Positions 10,190 to 22,457 of a stretch of 64,000 nucleotides of DNA are shown here, piece by piece (position 1 is the first letter of the stretch; each line of letters begins with the position of its first letter). The stretch comes from Sarea resinae (lineage: Eukaryota): contig JAPEUD010000025.1 of the NCBI GenBank assembly GCA_026026165.1, forward strand, positions 186,001-250,000, in the 5' to 3' direction. Under the pieces are notes generated by a model. It was not told the origin of the DNA. It was given only the letters and a program-made list of their open reading frames with translations, and ran no database searches. A program made the position numbers and the translations under genes.

Positions 10190-13100
10190 TCTTATATATT
10201 CCTTAATATCTTTAGCTAAGTTAGTCTACTAGTATTTATACTAGATTACCTTTGTTATTCTCTTAGCGCTAAAGTAGCTACTAAACAAGTTATTATAGTT
10301 TATCCTTATAATTTCTAACTTAATAGCTGTATTATATAGTATATAAGCCTTGCTTTCTAGGTGTAGCAAGCTAGTAGAGTTAATTTTCTACTTTTCCTAG
10401 CCTGTAACCTCCTTAGTAAGAATGCTCTTAATCTTTTCCTTAGCGAAATAATCTTTCTACTAAGTCCTAAGGATAATGTTAAGTAGCTAGCTTATTAGCA
10501 GCTTATACACTCTTTTATTAGCAGCTGCTTTATACACTACTTATTTTATATAGAGGTGTTTAAACTTATCTCCTAATACTAGCTTATTAGTATTATTATA
10601 AATAGAGTTTAGGCTAGGTGTTAAGCTAGCTTAACTATATCGCTTATTAATAGTAGGTAGAGTGTTATTCTCTAGCCTAGAGAGGTTTTTAATCCCTTAT
10701 AGATATATATTATCCTTAGGTATATTAGCGCCTATTTTACCTAGATACTTATTATTTATTCTAGTAAGAAGGTTTTAGATTACTAGTGTAGTGCTATCTC
10801 TTTTTAATATATATAGGTTCTGCAGCTTCTGCTATAGAGTAAGAAGTATTACTTCTAGACTCTATATCTTTACCTTATAATTAGAGCGCTATAACAGCCT
10901 ATTAGCTAGATTAGCTTTCCTTACTCTATATATAAGTTTAAAGTTATACACTACTAGTTGCTTAGCCTACCTAGCTTAGCAATAAGTTAACACCTTTATA
11001 GTTATAAAGTAGCATAAATTTATATAGTTAGTTAAGACCTTAATAGAGTAATTAGCCTCTTCTAAGTAGTAGCACTATTGCTTAAAAGCTATAACAATAG
11101 CTAGCAACTCTAAGTTATACACTTTATATCTTAATTTAGTTTTAGTAAGCTTTCTAGACTAGTATACAACTAGGTGCTACTATAACGCTATTAAAACACT
11201 CTCTTTATCCTTAACTAGCTGTAATAGAATTACTATAACAGTAAATCTAGAAGCGTCTGTTTCTATATATATTTACCTCTTTAAGTTATAGTAACACAGT
11301 ATTAGCACTGTTGTAAACGCCTCTTTTAAGGCTTTAAAAGCTTCTCTAGCTTTTTTTAAGAAATAGAATAGACTACTTTTCTTACTGTTCTTACTTCTAG
11401 CAAGCAGGCTAGTTAATAGCAGCGCCTTAATAGAGTATTTCTTAATAAATCTTTAGTAGAAATTTGTAAATCCTAAGAAGACCTAGAGGTTATAGTAGGT
11501 CTTAAAGGCTAGCTATTCTCTAATAGTATCTACCTAGCTCTTCTCTATTACAATTCTATTAGTCCTAATTATAAATCCTAAGAAATCAACTTTCTACACT
11601 CTAAAGACATATTTTAAAGGCTTTATATATAGGCTATAAGTTGATAGCTGTTTAAAGACCTAGTATATATACTTCTTATACTTATTAAGTGAATTAGAGT
11701 ATATAAGAATGTTATCTAGATAGATAACACAGCAAACATTAACTAGGCCTTATAGTGTATAGTTAATATAGCTCTAAAATATAGCAGGTGTATTAGCTAA
11801 TCTAAAAGGTATAACTTTATATTTAAATTAGCTATAATAAGTGCAGAATGTTGTCTTATACTTATTGCCTTTACAGATCCTTATATAGTAGTAGGTATCT
11901 CTTAGGTCTAGTTTTAAAAAAACTTTAGCATTGCTTATTTAGTCTATAAGTTTAGAAATCAAGGGTAATAGGTATTAATTCTTAATAGTGATATTGTTTA
12001 GCGCCTAGTAGTTAATGTAAAGCTATAGGCTACTATTCTTCTTAGGTATAAATAGGATTAGCATGCTAATAGAGCTAATAAAGAGAGTAATCTACCTCTT
12101 TACTAAGCTATTATTAAGGTATCCTTTTAGGACACCTAATTCCTTTTAGAATAATAGGTATATAGGTCTATATAGAGAGTCTTTACCTTCTAATTCTATA
12201 GCATAGTTAGCTAGGCTATACTTAGGAAGCTTACTAGCCTTCTCTTTACTAAACACAGAAGCAAATTCCTTATATTTCTTAGGAATCTTATTGCTAGTGC
12301 CTACCTAGTGTAGCTTTACTACCTTAATAGGTTTAGGAACAATTATAATCCCTTAACAATTTTACTAATATTTCTTCTAGTGTTCTTTACCTAGCCTAGG
12401 CTTATTTATAGGCTCTATATAGCTAAACCTTCTTTCTAACTAATATATATTGTAGTAGTATAAGGATAGCTATAGATATTTAAGTAAGAATAGAGGACTA
12501 TTAAAGTTATAAGTAAGGAACTAGCACTACACTATCTTCTTTACACTAGTACTATTAGCAACTTATATCTTTAATTAGTGTTAGCTATATATTACTACTT
12601 ATAAGCTGTTTACTATTACTACACTAGGTAGCTGCTTTAGCTCTACCTTAGAGATCCTATACTCTTTAATCTATAATTATAAAACTAGAGGAGCTTCTAC
12701 TCTTAAGTTAATTAAGGTAGTGCTATTTGTTATACTAATAGGTATATAAATAGTTAATAACGTCTCTAACCTTAAGGCCTAAATGCTCTAAGATCTACCT
12801 ACACTAAGATAGTGTATAATATAGGGCTCTAGTTCTAGTTATAAAGCTAGCGCTACACTAAAGGTCCTTTTATTCTTATAAGCTAATATAAAGTAATCTC
12901 TTTAGCTGCAATTAAGGTAAAGATTCTCTTCTTACCTTTGCTAATATTTATTAATAGAGATATAGCGCTACGTTGTTATTCTCTTAGACTACTTATTATC
13001 CTTTTACTAAACTTAGAGCTTCTTCTCTTATAAAGAGAAACCCTTTCCTTTGCGCTTAGATAGGTTAAACTTTCTCTTTATTTCTTGCCTTTTCTAAGGC

Positions 13101-14375
13101 TTTACCTTTTCTATATTGTTGCTTTACTAGCGCACTTTATTAGACTTTAGCAGATTAGAGTTCTTATTCTTATTCTCTTTATTACTTATACAAAGAAGTT
13201 CTTCTATATAGTTAGCTAATACAATAGCAGCGCTCTATATTTGTAGTATAAGCAGTGTCTTTAGCAGTTCCTAGTAAATTTTACTTTAGATCTTAGTGTA
13301 GAATAAGTTGTATTGCTACTCTTTAGAGATATCTTATTCTCCTAGCACTTCTAGCTTAATCTGCTCTAAGAAAGCTGTAAAGCTATTAATACTCTAGTGT
13401 AGACCTTGTATTGCATTATAGTATAGCTAGGATATTAATCTACCTCTATTTACTAGATCTTCTACTTAGTCTAGTAGAAAAGAAGCGAATTCTACCTATA
13501 AATAGGTGTCTTTCTTAGTTAATTCTTTAACCTAGTGCTATACTAGCGCTAGCTTGTCTTTAAGGTATTGTATAGCATATAACACCTTTGCTATATTATC
13601 ACTTTTATCTATAATAGCGCCTAGGTAGAAGGCTATCTTATAAGAGCAGATAAACTTATTATACTCTTTAATTATCTTGCTAGTAAATAGCTTAGAGGCT
13701 TAGATTTTAGTCTAGTTTATAATGCAAGGTGCTAGCGCAGCAGCTATATAGCCTTATACTAGCTGCAATGCTTATATAAGTGCTTATAGTTGCTGTTCTA
13801 TATAGAACTAGGCTATCTCTCTTTAGAGTTAGCAATATTAAACCTACTACTCCTTAGCGTTATACTCTTACTATATTTAATCTAGCAATTTATTAGTGAT
13901 CTAGTTAGAGATAAGCTCTTTAATCTCGCCTTCTTTCTCTCTTACTACTATCTTAACACTGTCTCTATTAGCTCTTTCACTTAGTAAGGTATTAAGAGTC
14001 CTTATAGTATTACATGTATTTATTGTTACTATCTTACCTAGTCTACTACTATATTAGTAGAGTGTTTAGAATTATTAGCTCGCCTCTTAGACTTCTAGCT
14101 ATAGTAAAGTAGGTAGGAATAGCACAATTAAATAGGCTAGTACATTGTAGTATACTAGTGTTACTCTAGTAATACAGAACTAATACAAATAATATTGCTA
14201 GTAGGCACTAACTTTGTAATTACACTAAACACTAGCTCTAATAGCTAGCGCCTCTATTAATCTATATAAATAATAACTCTACTTAGCTTACCTAAACGTT
14301 ACTAGACTACACTAAGTAGTTACTCTATACTACACTAAGCTATATATAGCACCTCTATTAATAGTAGCCCTTATA
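10190..14375 (-). mobile_element. Ty3/Gypsy retrotransposon remnant, truncated within integrase
   Basis: Minus strand: gag with CCHC remnant (about 12880-12925), protease LINLRVE (from LIDSGAE, about 12695-12720), RT YLLPLI (about 11960) and CVIYLDNILIY (11701-11733), RNase H IETDAS (about 11250-11266), integrase His-His region ending AKDIKEYIR at about 10190. Candidate 5' LTR about 14146-14375; boundaries approximate. Confidence 0.88.
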
Positions 14376-15679
14376 ATTAAAGAGGTATATTAATAATAAG
14401 AGTTTATAATCTATTCTCTAATTATATAGTTAAGAAGCTATAAAAGCTACTAATATCTATCTTAGACTAGTAATGTATTTTAGTAACCCCTAAGCCCTTA
14501 TTACTAATAAAAGCTACTACTAATTATCTAAGAAAGGTAATGTAATTTAGTAACTCTCTAATTATCTATAGCTATATTAGATAAGCTACTAGCTAGTCTC
14601 TCTTTATTTCTTTTATTAATATTGTCTAGTTTGTTATTATCCTCTATATCTAACTTATTAATAAAACTATTATTACTTTCTTCTTTAAAAGTAACTTTAT
14701 TATTACTAATCACTACCTTAATATTATTGCTGCTAACTAATAAGGCCTTACTTTTAGAATCTATTATATCTCTAGAGTTTAAAAAAGCCTTAAGATATTT
14801 ATAATTAGCTAGAAAGCGCTAAAGCTCTATTTTTATATTTTTAGAGCTAGCTATTAAGATTCTAGTCTAGAAAGTAGTGTAGATCTTTTACTCTTATCTA
14901 TAGATAAAAGAGGCTATACACTTATATAAAGCATCTGCTATTTCTTCTTTATTATTAGTCTTTAGAGAGAGTGTCTATAATTTTATTAGCGTTATATAAT
15001 TAAAAAAGCATTACTAAAATTAGTTATCTTTTAGCTTAGCTCTAAGACTCTATTAGCTAGCCTAGCCTTAGCTATTTCATTAAATTTTTCTTTAGCTTTC
15101 TACTTCTCTTTATTTAATCTAGCTATAATCTTAGACTTAATCTATACTAAAGATCTCTTCTCTTTCTATTTCTTCTCTTCTAATAGCTTAAAGCGCTTAA
15201 CTAGTATCTAAGCCTTCTTATCTTTACTAGCCTCTTAATAGATAGCTGTTTTAAGTAGAGTAACCTTAGTATTACATTTAGCTTTTTAGTCTGCTACTCT
15301 AGCCCTTATTAGTGTTAGCTTATCTAGAGTTATCTAAGACTTTATATTCTAAGTATAAAAAGCAAAGGCCTTAGTAGAGTACTAGTTATAGTCCTTTTAC
15401 ACCTTGATTTTATCTTTACTACTCTTCTTATATAGCCTATATTATTTCTAAGATAGGTTAGTTATATAGTTAAAAGTATTACTAAAGACTATTACTTTTT
15501 ATATAAAGAACTTAGTATTATATTTAGCTAATACTATAGTAGTGTCCTTATCTATTTTAGTGTCTATAATTATATCTATTATATTGTTATTCTATTAGAG
15601 TTAGTAAGTGCTCTATATAAAGCTATTACTAATAAGTGTTACTTTTTCTATCTTAACCTTTCTTAGATATCTTAAGTCT

Positions 15680-15790
15680 TATTAGATTAAGATTATTAGA
15701 TTAGATTAAGATTATTAAATTAGATTAAGATTATTAAATTAGATTAAGGTTATTAAATCAGATTAATAATCTTTATTAGATTAGGAATCT
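15680..15790. repeat. 19-bp tandem repeat (attagattaagattattaa, about 4.5 copies), probable RIP-altered subterminal repeats of a DNA transposon
   Basis: Direct inspection; similar to the ctaatcta/tagattag repeats at 6930-7050. Confidence 0.7.
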
Positions 15791-16611
15791 ATATCTGAAT
15801 TTTATTTAACCTAAGTGTTAGTTACTATTTGTAGTTACTATTATATAATATAATAGTAGAACTTACTAAGGTAATAAAAGTGTGCTTTTCTAAAGAATTT
15901 TAGTAGAGAAATTAGCTATTCTCTTTCTAAAACTAAATTTTCAGCTAATATAGTATAGACTTTTATTCTTAGTTACTATATATTATTACTATTATATAGT
16001 GCAATGTTTAGAGAGGATAGAAATTAAGTTTATAGACAATTAGTAAAAAAATTAATAGTAAAAGAGATAGAAGAAGTAGTAAGTAGTAAGTAATAAGTTA
16101 AAGAAAGAAGTAAAAAGGTTAAGAAAGAAAGAAGTTAAAAGCTATAAGTATAATACTTTAAAAGTTATATAACTTTATAGTATATACTGTATTTATTGTT
16201 TCTTATATTCACTGTTTTTTACATTCACTATATTTAAGATATTTAATAATTTTTATGCTAAAACTTAATCCTTATATAGAGTTACACTACTAGTATATAT
16301 AGCATGCTATACTACTACACTTCTACTTACCTATATATCTAAGTGCTTACTCTTTCTCTTACTACCTATATACCTTTACCTTACTACTTTTCTTCTCTAG
16401 CTATTATACCTCTATAGATTTCCTTTAGATTATTATACTTCTTTAATATCTTAGCTAGTAACTTAGAAAGGTAACTAATCTATATATACCTACTTAATTA
16501 GAGCTATTAATTCTACTTTACCTTATTATTCTTTAAAGTTAGATAAGTTATAATCTAAGATTATAAGGTAATAGTATCTAGTAACACTTATTTGTTTTAT
16601 AGATCTTACAC

Positions 16612-16702
16612 TATTATTAAGTCTTATTATTATTATTATTAAGTCTTATTATTATCTTTAAGTCTTATTATTATTACTAAATCTTATTATTATTATTAAG
16701 TC
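16612..16702. repeat. 19-22-bp tandem repeat (aagtcttattattattatt, 4 copies)
   Basis: Direct inspection. Confidence 0.7.
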
Positions 16703-17679
16703 TACTCTATATAAGTCTTTTTAATAGTAATAGAATATAGTAACTAACTCTTACTTAAATAGTAATTATAAAGCGCACTAAGTAATATATAAAGCGCTAT
16801 AACTTTAAATATCTTACTCTCTTTAAGGTTATAAAGTTATATTAGAGTAGATAAGATAAATACTATAAGAGCTTTAATAAATGCTATAAGAAATAGAATA
16901 AGTAGTGTTATAATACCTTAGCTAGAAATAAAGCTTTTACTATAGCTAAGCTAGTAATAAATAATATCTATAGAAAGACTAAACTAAGTAGTAAGTTCTT
17001 TGTCTATTATTCTATAGTAATATATATTAGTAATACAATATCTTCTAATAAGCATGCTTTATTAGATAAAATACTATTAAAAAGGCAGCTAACTTTTATT
17101 ACTAAAGATAGTATTCTACTACTTAGTCTAGGAAATAGTAACTAATTAGTATCTATCTAAGTCTTTTTATTTCTAAGGCTCTGCTATTAATACTATTTAA
17201 GAAGCTATAGAACTTTATATACCTAGCTTCTTTAATAGTAAGTTAAATTTAATGTTCTAAAGTAATAGCATATAGTAACGCTCTTTTTAGACTCTAATAA
17301 CATAGCTATCTATACTAATAGAGCTATAATCTAGTAGAAAGATATGCAATTAGTAAAGAAGATAATAGAGAATTTAGTAGTCTACTCTAAATAGTTATAT
17401 AGTGTTTACTAGGTAGTTATAGCGCTTAATAGGCATATTTTTCTTAGTAGGTTTAAGAGTAAAAGAGGTATAAAAGTAATAGGCTTATAGATCTTTTCTT
17501 TATAATAAGTGTTACTATTAGTTATTACCTTTAACAATAAATTAATAGAGGTAAACTATAGTAAATTATATTAATTATAATCTAAAGAACATTATAATAT
17601 GTAAATTCTATAACACTAACTTATATATATTTCTATTAACTATAAGCTATTTTAAGATTATATATAATAGTGCTAAGGA

Positions 17680-17801
17680 AAAACTAACCTGATTTACTAC
17701 TAGATTAGATTTTATATCTATAATCTGTTCACTCTAGAAACCTATATAGAGTTAGTAAATACAGCTTCTAATCTATTTAACCTAACCTATATACTAGCCT
17801 A
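17680..17801. mobile_element. Probable hAT terminus abutting the resumed Copia integrase
   Basis: Ends ...cctaacctatatactAGCCTA (reverse complement TAGGCT, as at 6910). The Copia frame FSKFKEYIAKEENQ starts immediately after. Confidence 0.55.
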
Positions 17802-18545
17802 CCTTTAGCAAATTCAAAGAATATATTGCTAAAGAGGAAAATCAAAGCCTAAAAAGACTAAAAAAATTTTACTTAGATAATGCTAAGGTCTATAACAACA
17901 TTATGTTTAAGGAATTTCATGCTGAAAAAGGCATTATAGACTCTTATAATGCACTCTATACCCTTAAACAAAATAGCCTAGCAGAAAAGATTAATAGGAC
18001 CTTACTTAATAAAGTTAGAGCCCTACTAAATCAGGCTAATTTCCCTAAAAAGTTCTAGAGAGAAGCTATTCTAGCTGCTATATAACTCTATAATAGGACC
18101 TTTAATAGCTCTATAGGCTACAAAACACTCTATAAGCTAAGGTTTAATAAAAAGCCTAACCTAGACTACATAAAAGTCTAGGATTCTCTAGCCTATAAGA
18201 GAGAGCCTAAGGAACTAATCAAAAAATTAGATAACAGAGCTAAGCCCTATTACCTAATCAACTATAGCTCAAATTAATACAAGCTGCTAGACCTTAAAAC
18301 AACTAAAACAATCTAGGCTAGAGATGTTAGGATTATAGAAAACACATTCTATAATTCTGCAGAAGGCTATACCCCTGACCTAGGGGCCCTAGAGGAGCTA
18401 GAGAAGGATACATCTGATCTAGAGGATAAAACTCCTATAGGTGTCAAAAATTCACCTCCTACACCTGCTGTAACAGTATAGGAAGATCTTGTAACAGTAG
18501 AAGATCAGAGTTCTATAGGTGATAACAATTCAGTCACACCTGACA

Positions 18546-19134
18546 CATCAGCAAAAAGGGAGGCGTACTACAGGCGACTACAGGTGCGCTGTGTAACCCA
18601 CGTTACCCATGTTACAAACAGTCAACGCTGTAGTCCAACATGTACAGTAGTTCTAGTGGCAGCTACAGTAGCACTACATGTAGTGCGGTGTAGCAAGCGG
18701 GGTACGTACCTAGTACGTACTACAGTAGCCGGTTTATGCTAGTAGTGCAACTTAGCGAACTTAGCACTTATAGACAGTTCTAGCATGCCTAGCCTATAGG
18801 GCTATAGGGTAGGTTATAGCCTTGGCGCTGACTAATCATAGAGTGAATTTTCATGAATTTTCATAATTTCCCATTTAGGAAGTCTTAGCGTTGATGCCTA
18901 TAGCACTAGAGCCACTTTCGCTTAAATTTCGCTTAAACCTTTGCTTATGTAAGCAATTTTCGCGTAGCATAGGCATTTCTATGTAGATAGAAGAATTCTG
19001 TGTAGATATAGGTGTTCTATGTAGACACTGCAAAACTACATAGCTACTTAATGCATTACTATTTCTATGTAGCTAGGTACTATATACATGTGTTAAGGTA
19101 CAAACTACATAGACCTTTCCCCTTTTTGCTGATG
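18546..19134. mobile_element. 589-bp non-autonomous TIR element with 2-bp (CA) TSD
   Basis: Perfect 15-bp TIR CATCAGCAAAAAGGG / CCCTTTTTGCTGATG. CA at 18544-45 and 19135-36. Retains more CpG than its flanks. Confidence 0.85.
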
Positions 19135-20136
19135 CATAATAGATACTAATAGATCTGATATAGATAAGCTAAGCAGTGAATATTATGCAAATATAGCTAG
19201 CACCTCTAAGCTAGCAACAACACTATGCAAACTTTATGCAGAATTTCATAGTTTGTAACAGTCTGTATACAAGAGGGAATCACACTGTTACAGACATCTA
19301 TAGAAGTTCTATAGATGTATCTAATCCTAAGAGCTATAGGGAAGCTCTAAAGTCACCCTAAAAAGAGGAGTGGCTAAAATCAATGCAGAAGGAGCTTACT
19401 AAGCGAAAAGAATTAGGAGTTCTAAAGCTAGTCTCTAGACCTAAAAATGCTAATATAATCAATAGCAGGTAGGTCTATAAAACAAAGCTAAACCCTAATA
19501 ATATAATTAACAAAAGGAAATCTAGGTAGGTTGCTAGAGGCTTCCTACAAAAGCAAGAGGTTGACTATACAGAGATCTTTGCTTACACTAGCAATCCTAC
19601 AGCTATAAAACTACTTCTAATTATAGCTGCTAAACTAGATCTAGAAATATATTAGTAGGATATAGCTTCTGCATTTCCTAATGCTAATCTAGATAATCCT
19701 ATCTATATAGAGCAGCTAAAGGGTTTTATAGAAGAAAAAGTCAAAGTTTATCTTCTAAACAAAGCTCTATATAGCCTAAAACAAGCTGCTAGACAGTAGG
19801 AAATTCACCTAAAGAATTAACTTATAAAAATAGGATTTAAAACAATCCTAGCAGATAGCTCTATCTATATTAAAGAGGATATAATAATTACTATATATAT
19901 AGATAACATTCTACTATTTAGCAAATCAGCTAACAGTATAAATAGTCTCTACAAAGACCTCTCTAAGCACTTAGAGATCTCTAATCTAAGGGCTATAAAA
20001 TTCTATCTAGAGATAGAAATCTTTAAAGATAGGTCTAATAGAAGGATTACTCTAAATCAGAAGGCTTTTATTACTAATTTGTTAATAAAATTCAACAAAT
20101 TAGGCCTAAAGCCTATAACAACACCTTCTATAAGTA

Positions 20137-20831
20137 CTTAGGTGCCTAGAGAGTATATCCTGTGACTAATTTAAGACTGTCTTATAACAATATCAATGGT
20201 TCTAAAACCTCCTATAGGTGTTGTAACAGTGTTGTTACAGTCTTAACACCTTCTATAGGTGTTGTAATAGTGTTGTTACAGTGTTAAACCTTCTATAAGT
20301 GTTAAGACAGTGTTAAACCTTTTCTAGGTGTTATAGTAGTAGTAGAATTTTCTTAAAATTTAAGACGTTCAACGATTTTTGCATATGTTACATAAGCAAT
20401 TACGTAATATTTGCAAAAATCATCGAACGTCTCACTAAAAATAGGTGTGGCTATTTTTTCTAAAACTTGAAAATCTCTATGTCAAAATAGTATTAGGGAT
20501 TCTATAGGCTATATAGCGTTATAGGGCTAGATTTTCTAACGAGTCATACAGCCTAGTTAGTGTAACGTCAATCATTGATTACGTAATACTTCTAGGATCG
20601 ATTCTTACTATACTTAATTTACTTTTTTTTCGCGAAATTTGTCTTTAGGTTCCTATAGGTGTTTAAAATTCAAGCGGTCTTGAACCTATAAGACTGTTAC
20701 AAACCTGTGAGACTGTTACACCATTCTAGTACTGTACTACAATCCTTGATACAGTTACAGGGTTTGAACCACTGAGCTAGTCTTGAACCTAGTTCACTAC
20801 AGTTATAGAATATACCCTTAGAGCACTAAGG
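20137..20831. mobile_element. 695-bp non-autonomous TIR element 2 (TA TSD) inserted in Copia RT
   Basis: Imperfect about 30-bp TIR (cttaggtgcctagagagtatatcctgtgact versus reverse complement ccttagtgctctaagggtatattctataact). TA at 20135-36 and 20832-33. Excision restores the frame KPITTPSIS-SIKLDRN. About 40-bp internal repeats at 20210-20335. Confidence 0.85.
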
Positions 20832-21708
20832 TAGTATAAAGTTAGATAGAAACAGTCTATAAGTAAACTCTAAAGATATTAAACAATATTAAAGGGAAAT
20901 AGGTAGTCTAATCTACCTAACTGTTATTTCTAGACCTAATCTAGCCTATGCAGTAAATCTATGTGCTAGATTTATGCAAAATCCTAGCTAGCTGCATTTT
21001 AAATCCCTAGATAGGATCTAGCAATACCTTATCTATACAAAGGACTATAGTTTTATCTATTAGTCTAAATCACAATAAAAAGGCCTAAAACTCCTAGGTT
21101 ATTGCAATTCAGACTAGGAGAGAGATTATAGCAGAAAATCTATAACAGGCTATGTTTTTCTACTAGATAATAACATAGTTTCCTAGAATTCTAAACTGCA
21201 AAAAACAATTGCCTTAAGCTCTTATAAAGCAGAATATATAGCTCTAAAAGAGGCTATAAAAGAGAATATATATATAAATTCTCTAATTAAGCAAATCCCT
21301 TTGCTAAAAGACAATATTAGTATAGAGGATTCTAAGGCTATATATACTAACAGCCTTTCTACTATAGAACTAGTAAAAACTCTAATGTTTTATTAAAAAA
21401 CAAAGCATATTATTATATAATATCACTTTGTTAGAGACAACTTTTAAAGGAATATAATCCACCCAAATTATATACCTACAGCTAGTCAACTAGCAGATAG
21501 CTTTACTAAGCCACTTAGCACTTAAAAGTGGCTAGAAGTCCTAAAGGCTATTTAGATACAGCCTACACCTAAAGAACAAACTAGTTCTATAGGTACAAGT
21601 TCTATAGGTGCATAAAATTACGTACCTATAGCAACTGTTATAAAAAGCTAAGTTCTATACATGTTCTAAATTGCATACCTATCCTATAGAATTAAGCTTA
21701 AGAGAGTG

Positions 21709-22222
21709 TGTTAGAATTATGCCCTTAATTCTAGTCACTCTTAAGTATCTAGACTGTTATAGAATGTTATATAACAGTATAGATATATCTAGAAGCTTCT
21801 ATAAACCTATAGAAGCTAATAGAATATAGTAGAACCTTATAGAATCTTATAGAACATTCTAGAAGATTCTATAGCTATGCTGACTAAGCATCTAGAACCT
21901 TCTAGAACCCTCTAGAATGTTCTAGAACTGTCTAGTAGTCTATAGAATCTCCTAGATATCTATAGAATTTCTATGACATAAGAATTATATACCTAACTAT
22001 CCCTTAACTTTCTTACAAAGCATATATTGTTATTAGCTTATTGCTTACAAATCACTCATGTAATTAGTTATCACTAGAAGTTTCTAGTAAATTAGTTAAG
22101 TCTATATATCAACTGCTTTACACCTCTATAGCTAGAATCTTAAAGTTTATAATATATAATCATTCTATACTATACTTCTTTAGCACTTTCCTCTACTTAT
22201 ATCTTTGTGCTACTTTCTAACA
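21709..22222 (+). repeat. Copia 3' LTR (514 bp)
   Basis: TGTTAG...CTAACA. Differs from the 5' LTR mainly by transitions plus 24-bp and 4-bp indels. Confidence 0.95.
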
Positions 22223-22457
22223 AATATATTAGTTTTTAATGACTTTTCCTATTAAATTCTAAAGTACTATTTAATTATATACTCTAGAAAGGTGCAAATA
22301 TTATGCAACTATATGCAAATTAAGACAGTGTTAAGATAGTTCTAATACAGTTGCAACTTCTAGAACTATAATGAATTTTCTGCACCTATAGAAAGGTATT
22401 AAGACAGTTATAACACAGTCTTAATACAGGTGCTAGAAATAGCATAAGGCACTTAGC
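22223..22457. mobile_element. Right arm of TIR element 1
   Basis: Reverse complement gctaagtgccttatgctatttctagcacctgtattaagactgtg... matches the left TIR, mostly through transitions. TA at 22458-22459. Confidence 0.8.

Larger units (their letters stand above)
4528..22222 (+). mobile_element. Ty1/Copia LTR retrotransposon, RIP-inactivated, carrying internal insertions
   Basis: Paired LTRs; GGTTATAAGCC PBS-like motif at 5014; purine tract at about 21700-21708. Domain order: gag (ATG 5744, MSNPAYEIPKLQGSSN*DL*), Zn knuckle about 6405-6465, protease (D*ILNLGATTYIC about 6690-6727), integrase core (17801-18350), RT (about 19320-21000), RNase H (GYCNSD*...IALSSYKAEYIAL about 21090-21250). Confidence 0.95.

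Noticed and set aside
14622..14804. 60-aa Leu-rich ORF
   Set aside because: Non-ATG start; artefact of TpA-rich RIP sequence.
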